Positions 58,495-64,000 of a stretch of 64,000 nucleotides of DNA are shown here, piece by piece. The translations under genes were made by a program, and so were the position numbers. This DNA comes from a virus (taxonomy: Duplodnaviria; Caudoviricetes), in the IMG/VR virus record IMGVR_UViG_2974646641_000001, positions 1 through 64,000 of that record; one strand, 5' to 3'. The notes under the pieces are model-generated. The model saw only the letters and a list, made by a program, of their open reading frames with translations. It did not search any database and was not told where the DNA came from. Positions within the stretch are counted from its first letter, which is position 1, and the number at the start of each line of letters is the position of its first letter.

Positions 58495-58815
58495 ATGCGA
58501 GAGCTAACACAAGCAGAGGCTTACGAATTATCTGTTAGAAGTAAAGCAACCAAAAGCAATCTAGGTAGCCTAGACGATGATAAACAAAAGGTAATGAGGG
58601 ATATTCTTTCACTGACTGGTTTTGGTTTTGATGTCACAATTTCTGTCTACAAAAACCAAGATTGTCGAGGATATTTTGAGCCAGAAGATTTACTGTTGAA
58701 GAACTACAAGGGAATCAAAAAGTGGTTAAAATCACTTGGCTATAAGGTCGAATTATTTCCGGCCGCTTGGATTCCTTGCGAACAACACTTTTTAACTGTT
58801 GATTGGAGGAAATAA
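58495..58815 (+). CDS. hypothetical protein
   Basis: AAGGAG SD. Confidence 0.6.
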   Translation: MRELTQAEAYELSVRSKATKSNLGSLDDDKQKVMRDILSLTGFGFDVTISVYKNQDCRGYFEPEDLLLKNYKGIKKWLKSLGYKVELFPAAWIPCEQHFLTVDWRK

Positions 58816-58818
58816 ATC

Positions 58819-58992
58819 ATGAAATTTAGGAAACCAACAAAATTACACAAACACCATTGGGTTTTGGTAACTGACCAGCCTTGGCTAAAAACATTCGGAG
58901 GTTTATCAGTTTTGCACTGTTCTATCTGTGGTCAGGTTACGAACGTCCCGAAAGATTGTGTAGACAAAATTGAAGCTAAAACACGTTTATAG
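58819..58992 (+). CDS. small HxH/CxxC protein (57 aa, not in ORF track)
   Basis: GGAGG SD; MKFRKPTKLHKHHW...LHCSICGQ. Confidence 0.6.
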   Translation: MKFRKPTKLHKHHWVLVTDQPWLKTFGGLSVLHCSICGQVTNVPKDCVDKIEAKTRL

Positions 58993-59004
58993 GAGGAATT
59001 GAAA

Positions 59005-59385
59005 ATGAAGATTAAAAAGTATCTAAGCACGGTATTTGATGATACCAACCGAAAAGTTTATTTATTTAATCCACGAACAGGTAAGACGAAATCAGCACCA
59101 TCAGGGCTATCTTTCACGGTTACATTATTTGGGCCAATTGCTCCGTTATTCCGAGGTGATTTTCTAGGGTTCCTATTAATTTTAGCGATTTACGTTTTTA
59201 CTGGTTTTAATCCATTTATTAATATCTTGGGAATTTTGTTAACCTCGGTTTTCTATAATTACTTTTACATCTCACACAAAATCAACAGTGGCTACACAGT
59301 AATGTCAGACGAAGGTAAGAAAATGCTGTTAGACCACGGCTATGACGTTAATACGACTATCTATCGAGGTGATTACCATGAATAA
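59005..59385 (+). CDS. membrane protein
   Basis: GLSFTVTLFGPIAPLFRGD + TM helices. Confidence 0.6.
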   Translation: MKIKKYLSTVFDDTNRKVYLFNPRTGKTKSAPSGLSFTVTLFGPIAPLFRGDFLGFLLILAIYVFTGFNPFINILGILLTSVFYNYFYISHKINSGYTVMSDEGKKMLLDHGYDVNTTIYRGDYHE

Positions 59386-59710
59386 ACTATTAAAAATGAT
59401 TGCACTACTTGCTTCTTACTGGATTGTGTTGTACACTGTATATCAATATACTGATATTCTAAAAGGCCCCGGATTTAAGCACGCAGTGTTCATGATTGTC
59501 TTGACAACACTGTACACGTATTTGTTGTCGGCCATCAATAAAGAAACGTTCAGTTTGACTTTCAGCATTCCAGCCATGATTTTCTATGTAATTGGGGTTG
59601 CTGGTTACGTCATCTGTGCAGGTGCAGGGTTTGGTAATGGTGCCGCTTGGTTAGTATCAATCGTGGCGACAGCATTCCTAATTACTGGGGTAGTGGAATT
59701 TAATGAATGA
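59378..59710 (+). CDS. four-TM membrane protein
   Basis: Hydrophobic helices; GAGGTG SD. Confidence 0.6.
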   Translation: MNKLLKMIALLASYWIVLYTVYQYTDILKGPGFKHAVFMIVLTTLYTYLLSAINKETFSLTFSIPAMIFYVIGVAGYVICAGAGFGNGAAWLVSIVATAFLITGVVEFNE

Positions 59711-59945
59711 AGCAAAAAAGTTCCGCACACTCGGCGCTTCTATGGCATTCGCACAGGCTAATCGCTTAGTGTGGTATACTAATTGTTGGAAATATTGCAA
59801 TTATGACCCTATCGCTGGTTTAAAAGCTAAAGCTGGTGACGATGTAAAATACGTTGTTACAGAAGTTGGGGAAACATATCAAATTTTCTATGAAAAGAAA
59901 GGGGAAACAAAAAATGAATGGTTACGCAAAAAGAAAAAACGGTAA
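59703..59945 (+). CDS. hypothetical protein
   Basis: Coupled ORF. Confidence 0.55.
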   Translation: MNEAKKFRTLGASMAFAQANRLVWYTNCWKYCNYDPIAGLKAKAGDDVKYVVTEVGETYQIFYEKKGETKNEWLRKKKKR

Positions 59946-60360
59946 GGTATTATCATACTGCGACATTAAAACTTTTTATGAGTTTTATTTCCAAACAAGT
60001 ATGGCTCACAAAATTATTAAGCTAGATGATACGCATTATTATTTAACTGACACTGGCTTTAAACATGTAGAATCTGACAGCATTGTTATCTTTGATAAAA
60101 ATGAAGACCACTGGACAAAATACAATGACGTGATTTCTAAAAAGGAATTTGATAGCGAACTTGCTATCATTGAAGCTCCATGGATTCCACCGTTCCTAAT
60201 GAGCTTTCGATTCCATATGAGATTCGACCAGATGATTGCAGTGTTTACGACCATGTTAGATGAGTTCAACGCAGACGACACTGACGACACTGACAATTTA
60301 AAAGACCAATTAGAGTGGATTTTGAAGAACCAAGATGTATTTAAGTATATTTTGGGATAG
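59914..60360 (+). CDS. hypothetical protein
   Basis: GGGG SD before ATG 59914. Confidence 0.55.
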   Translation: MNGYAKRKNGKVLSYCDIKTFYEFYFQTSMAHKIIKLDDTHYYLTDTGFKHVESDSIVIFDKNEDHWTKYNDVISKKEFDSELAIIEAPWIPPFLMSFRFHMRFDQMIAVFTTMLDEFNADDTDDTDNLKDQLEWILKNQDVFKYILG

Positions 60361-60459
60361 GGTTTAAGCCCTATTTTTCGTTGTTTTGTATTTCTAAAAA
60401 ATACTTGCATTACCCTATGATTGGTGTTATAATTGATTTATCAAATAAGGGGAAATAAT

Positions 60460-60714
60460 ATGAGAAAAATTGTGCGATTATATGCCGTTAGTGATGAGGA
60501 TTACGCTGTACAGCATTTCTACACGGAGAAAATCTTTGACGCCGGTTTTGATGTTCGGTATAAGTTAGACAAAGATGGTGAAAAAGCAAGTTATTTAGTG
60601 GATTTCGACTTACGTGATTTACCTAAGCTGATGAAAGCTGTTGACGAGGAGATAATTATATCTTATGACAATAATGAATTGGCAATCACAATCTATGATA
60701 TGCCATTTTGCTAA
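60460..60714 (+). CDS. hypothetical protein
   Basis: Promoter TTGCAT-17-TATAAT and AAGGGG SD. Confidence 0.6.
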   Translation: MRKIVRLYAVSDEDYAVQHFYTEKIFDAGFDVRYKLDKDGEKASYLVDFDLRDLPKLMKAVDEEIIISYDNNELAITIYDMPFC

Positions 60715-60731
60715 TTAAAGGAGGAATAATT

Positions 60732-61127
60732 ATGGACTTTACTGAAATGACTAAGAAACTGTTTGCTGGAGAGCTGGTAAGACGGGTTGATTGGAAGCTA
60801 GACTATCACATTTTTATCGCTCCAGACAGTGTTATTGTTGACGAAGACGGGTTCCCTTATAGTTTTTCCAGATATGATTACGAAGCTGAATGGGAAGTCT
60901 ATTCTCCGGCTACCGAAGACCATGAAGCCGGAACAATATTGTCTTACATCACCTTAGATGGTGATAAGAAGCTTTGCGTGTTGGTTGAGGATAGTGACGA
61001 TAATAGCTACGTTATTGTGGATATGAGCGACTGGAGTATTTACGCGAAACACATTAGAAAAGACGACTTAGATATTTTCCTTGACGCATATAGCTTGAAA
61101 AAAGAAAAGAAAACGGAGGACAAATAA
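60732..61127 (+). CDS. hypothetical protein
   Basis: AAAGGAGG SD. Confidence 0.6.
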   Translation: MDFTEMTKKLFAGELVRRVDWKLDYHIFIAPDSVIVDEDGFPYSFSRYDYEAEWEVYSPATEDHEAGTILSYITLDGDKKLCVLVEDSDDNSYVIVDMSDWSIYAKHIRKDDLDIFLDAYSLKKEKKTEDK

Positions 61128-61435
61128 TGATGGATATGATTGAAGCAATTGAAGGCTGGGCTAAGGAACGTGGACTTGACAAATCAGATAGTAATAAACA
61201 GCTCATTAAGTTGGTAGAAGAGGTGGGAGAACTAAGCGAGGCGCATAATAAGGGCTGGGAAGCTGAACGAGCTGACAGCCTCGGTGACATGTTTGTCGTA
61301 ATGGTAATTTATGCCATGCAAAACAATCTGCACATGGAATATTGTATTGATAAAGCCTACGAAACCATCAAGAACCGTAAAGGTAAGACTGTTAATGGCG
61401 TGTTCATTAAAGACCAAGATTTAAAGGAGGATTGA
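61127..61435 (+). CDS. MazG-like nucleotide pyrophosphohydrolase
   Basis: QLIKLVEEVGELSEA...DSLGDMFVV. Confidence 0.85.
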   Translation: MMDMIEAIEGWAKERGLDKSDSNKQLIKLVEEVGELSEAHNKGWEAERADSLGDMFVVMVIYAMQNNLHMEYCIDKAYETIKNRKGKTVNGVFIKDQDLKED

Positions 61436-61437
61436 TA

Positions 61438-61719
61438 ATGGCTGACAGAGTATTTGATTTCATTACAAAGGAAAACAAGCCGGGTAAGATTAATCACAAA
61501 TATGTCAAAGAGTCGAGCGTAGAAAAAGCAATTGAAGTTCACCATATAGATATTAATAAGTATGTTGTCACAGAATTGACGCTGGACGAATTTGTATCTA
61601 TCAGCGACCGATTCGATGAATATTTCGGCCATGAGCGCAAGTCGTTAGATGAACGAAAGAAAAACCTAAAGGATTATCAAGGCGTCTTGCTTGTGACTAA
61701 TGTATCTCTATGGCCCTAA
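61438..61719 (+). CDS. hypothetical protein
   Basis: AAGGAGG SD. Confidence 0.6.
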   Translation: MADRVFDFITKENKPGKINHKYVKESSVEKAIEVHHIDINKYVVTELTLDEFVSISDRFDEYFGHERKSLDERKKNLKDYQGVLLVTNVSLWP

Positions 61720-61820
61720 TCGCTAAAAATAACGAATAAAATGGTAATTTTACCAAGAAAACAGTTGACAAAAGCGTGCCAGTTTGGTACGCTGTACATA
61801 CAATAAAGGAGGAATGTGAT

Positions 61821-62252
61821 ATGGATATTGGTTTTGCGGCTGGTACTAAGGTGCTAATCAAAAAAGGACAAAAGAATATTGAGAGTGTCACGACCAGAGA
61901 TGAAGTCTTGACAGCCAACGGCACCTATCGGAAAGTGTCACAAAAGATGACTGACAAGTCGGACGATATTTATGAACTGAAAATTCTGTTTCAACCTGAC
62001 ACTAAAGTCACTGGAAACCAACGCTACTGTATTAGGCGAAAAATGGAAGATGGTTATTCACTGTCGAGGTGGGTGCCAGTCAATGACGTTAATGTTGGTG
62101 ATTTGGTAATTGTCTATGTGTTGGACGACACAGCCCCTGTTCATAGACCAGTTAAAGGTATTAAAAAACTGAACGAGGGGCAAAAAGTTTATAGCTTAAA
62201 AACCAATGAAAAACACAGCTTTACAGCCAATGGCGCTGTGGTTCATGATTAA
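61821..62252 (+). CDS. free-standing Hint (intein-like) domain protein with substituted catalytic residues
   Basis: GFAAGTKVL (block A), TGNQRY (block B), VYSLKTNEKHSFTANGAVVHD* (blocks F/G); AAGGAGG SD. Confidence 0.8.
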   Translation: MDIGFAAGTKVLIKKGQKNIESVTTRDEVLTANGTYRKVSQKMTDKSDDIYELKILFQPDTKVTGNQRYCIRRKMEDGYSLSRWVPVNDVNVGDLVIVYVLDDTAPVHRPVKGIKKLNEGQKVYSLKTNEKHSFTANGAVVHD

Positions 62253-62263
62253 AGGAGGAAATA

Positions 62264-62635
62264 ATGGATAATTTAAAGTTTCGTGCATGGATTAAAAAGG
62301 CCGATGGTACTTGCGACAAAGTTAGCCCTATGACAATTCAACAGATGTTACGGCAAGAAACGGCACTTGGATTAGTGTCTTTAGGGGTAACGGATTTAGA
62401 GCAATCAACTAACATTAAAGATAAGAACGGAGAAATTATTTTTGACGGTGACATTGTTCATTTATCAACTCACGATGGATATAAACGAACTGGTCAGGTT
62501 GAGGTTGAAAATGGCCGAGTTAGGATTGTTAGCGAATTAGATTCTTATTCTTTCAGCCGAACTGGTTCCGAAAGTGATACCTTGGAAGTCGTTGGTAATG
62601 TACACGAGGACAAAGAATTATTGGAGAAGGAATAA
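62264..62635 (+). CDS. YopX-family protein
   Basis: KFRAW...QSTNIKDKNGEIIFDGDIV...EVVGNVHE. Confidence 0.8.
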   Translation: MDNLKFRAWIKKADGTCDKVSPMTIQQMLRQETALGLVSLGVTDLEQSTNIKDKNGEIIFDGDIVHLSTHDGYKRTGQVEVENGRVRIVSELDSYSFSRTGSESDTLEVVGNVHEDKELLEKE

Positions 62636-62637
62636 AA

Positions 62638-62916
62638 ATGGACGATGATTTTGAATATGCTGACGCTGTGCTTGTCCAAGTCGACTCAAATGGTAAGGCA
62701 GAAGAATTATGGCTACTGTCAGACGAAGATTTCTTAGACTATATTATTAAAAATGGCATTGATTGTGACTATGCTGTCAAAGGGTTTAAGGCGTGGACAA
62801 TTGCCAAAAGAATTAAGCGTAATGGGTGGCGTCCTACTCTAAAGCAAAGAACCGCAATCACTAACGTGTTCTGTTTTACTCTATATGGAGTGACGCCAAA
62901 TTGGTTAATAAATTAA
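62638..62916 (+). CDS. hypothetical protein
   Basis: GAAGG SD. Confidence 0.6.
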   Translation: MDDDFEYADAVLVQVDSNGKAEELWLLSDEDFLDYIIKNGIDCDYAVKGFKAWTIAKRIKRNGWRPTLKQRTAITNVFCFTLYGVTPNWLIN

Positions 62917-62932
62917 TTAAGGAGGAAAACTT

Positions 62933-63412
62933 ATGATTAAGTTTAGAGCGTGGGACAAGAGAATCGAAGCTTATCTTTATAATGTACAAGACGCTTATGA
63001 CACGTTGAGCGGCTTCGTAAAATATGACGATGGTGAAGACGCTGACTATGATGAGGATTGCTTTGGAGCATTCTTAGATAATAAACGGTATGACGTTGAG
63101 CAGTTTACCGGATTGAAAGACGTGAACGGTAAGGAAATCTATGTTGGCGATATTATCCAGTATAACGAACATTACTACGCATATTCTATGGGTGGAGTAA
63201 CAAATATCAAAACTGAATATATTGGAATTGTTGTTAAAAATAATTGGTCTTTAGGGATTTTAATTAATAAAGTTATCCATACAGACGCGCATATCAATCA
63301 TTATAATACTAAAGAATTTGTGCCGTTTCGTGATTTTGAAGACCCAGAGGCAGATGTGTTGTTAAAGGGCAACGTTCACGCTAACCCAGAGCTATTGGAG
63401 GAAGACGAATGA
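62933..63412 (+). CDS. YopX-family protein
   Basis: IKFRAWD...QFTGLKDVNGKEIYVGDII...KGNVHANPELL. Confidence 0.85.
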   Translation: MIKFRAWDKRIEAYLYNVQDAYDTLSGFVKYDDGEDADYDEDCFGAFLDNKRYDVEQFTGLKDVNGKEIYVGDIIQYNEHYYAYSMGGVTNIKTEYIGIVVKNNWSLGILINKVIHTDAHINHYNTKEFVPFRDFEDPEADVLLKGNVHANPELLEEDE

Positions 63413-63816
63413 TTAAAGTTTATCGTAAAACAGCCACTATCAAGGCCGAACAGTTTGATAATAGTAGAGAGATGGCTAAAAAGTATCATGTTGAATATGA
63501 TGGAGCATACATTTTACCTTTCAGAATTGAAACCAAGAATGGGTGGCTAGGAATGAAAGTTGGTGACTGGATTTTAACTGATACAGACGGAAAGCACTGG
63601 CCGATTGCAGATGACGTATTCAAAAAGACGTATGACGAACTGCCAGTGATTCCTAAAGAGGTAGCGGATTATCTTGAAGTTGTCAGACAGGAAGAAACAC
63701 TGTTTGGTGTTTTAGATGAGGCACTAGCAGGGGTTAGCGACTTATCTCTGTGGATTGCTGAGAACCAAGATAATTTTGCCCGTGCGTGGCTAGACGGTTA
63801 TACGGTGGAGGAATAA
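63409..63816 (+). CDS. phage protein with DUF1642-like C-terminus
   Basis: PVIPKEVADYL...FARAWLDGYTVE. Confidence 0.65.
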   Translation: MIKVYRKTATIKAEQFDNSREMAKKYHVEYDGAYILPFRIETKNGWLGMKVGDWILTDTDGKHWPIADDVFKKTYDELPVIPKEVADYLEVVRQEETLFGVLDEALAGVSDLSLWIAENQDNFARAWLDGYTVEE

Positions 63817-63819
63817 AAA

Positions 63820-64000
63820 ATGAAAGTATATCTTAAACGGCCATTTCAGGCCGAAAAATTTGATGGTAGTGAAGAAATGAGAGAAAAATATCATATTGCT
63901 ATTGGAAGCGGCTGGGTAGCCCCTTATCGAATTAATACTCTTGAAGGCTGGGTGGGAGTACAAATTAACTCTTGGATTGCAACTGGTATTGATGGTGAGC
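63820..64000 (+). CDS. partial paralogue of the 63409 N-terminal domain (runs off window)
   Basis: MKVYLKRPFQAEKFDGSEEMREKYHI vs IKVYRKTATIKAEQFDNSREMAKKYHV. Confidence 0.65.
   Translation, partial: MKVYLKRPFQAEKFDGSEEMREKYHIAIGSGWVAPYRINTLEGWVGVQINSWIATGIDGE

Noticed and set aside
61776-61820. Upstream GTG start giving a Cys near the Hint N-terminus
   Set aside because: This region is the promoter and SD; the Cys is not at Hint position 1, and ATG 61821 has the SD
1-64000. CRISPR array, DGR or retron
   Set aside because: No regularly spaced repeats, no reverse transcriptase ORF, no TR/VR pair seen
1-64000. Restriction-site avoidance as the explanation for TACATA depletion
   Set aside because: The motif is non-palindromic and common on the antisense strand of genes, so DNA-level avoidance does not fit

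Overview
A 64-kb stretch of a large, AT-rich (roughly 37-38% GC by eye) tailed dsDNA phage of siphovirus type. Strong AGGAGG Shine-Dalgarno (SD) sites, TTGACA-N17-TATAAT promoters, a GH25/LysM endolysin and DUF806/DUF1617-type genes point to a Lactobacillaceae host. The gene order recalls L. plantarum B2-like phages (from memory, not searched). Layout: (i) + strand late region, about 660-31390: HNH, terS, tRNA/ncRNA cluster, terL, HK97-type head, tail, baseplate/fibre, lysis, tyrosine recombinase. (ii) - strand early/middle block, 31424-51470: DnaE, five free-standing NUMOD4-HNH nucleases, LysM-transglycosylase, an orphan MazF/PemK RNase, NrdH, PnuC, metallophosphoesterase, Sak4-like ATPase, SSB, and an ~800-nt ORF-free promoter-driven locus. 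(iii) + strand early/replication block, 51673-64000: dNK, DnaB, primase, RecJ, MazG, a free-standing Hint domain, YopX. Main discovery: by manual scan the hexamer TACATA was not found on the sense strand of any CDS. It occurs 15 times in intergenic sense sequence, usually 0-2 nt downstream of a strong hairpin and upstream of an SD or tRNA. The phage also encodes an antitoxin-less relative of B. subtilis EndoA/MazF, a family that cuts U^ACAU. This suggests a phage-domesticated MazF used as a site-specific RNA-processing enzyme. Other leads: a candidate large structured ncRNA, a catalytically substituted stand-alone Hint protein, parallel +1 frameshift candidates in capsid and tail genes, an ATC start for the portal, and two 13-bp tRNA-like RNAs. 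All product calls come from motif recognition without database searches.
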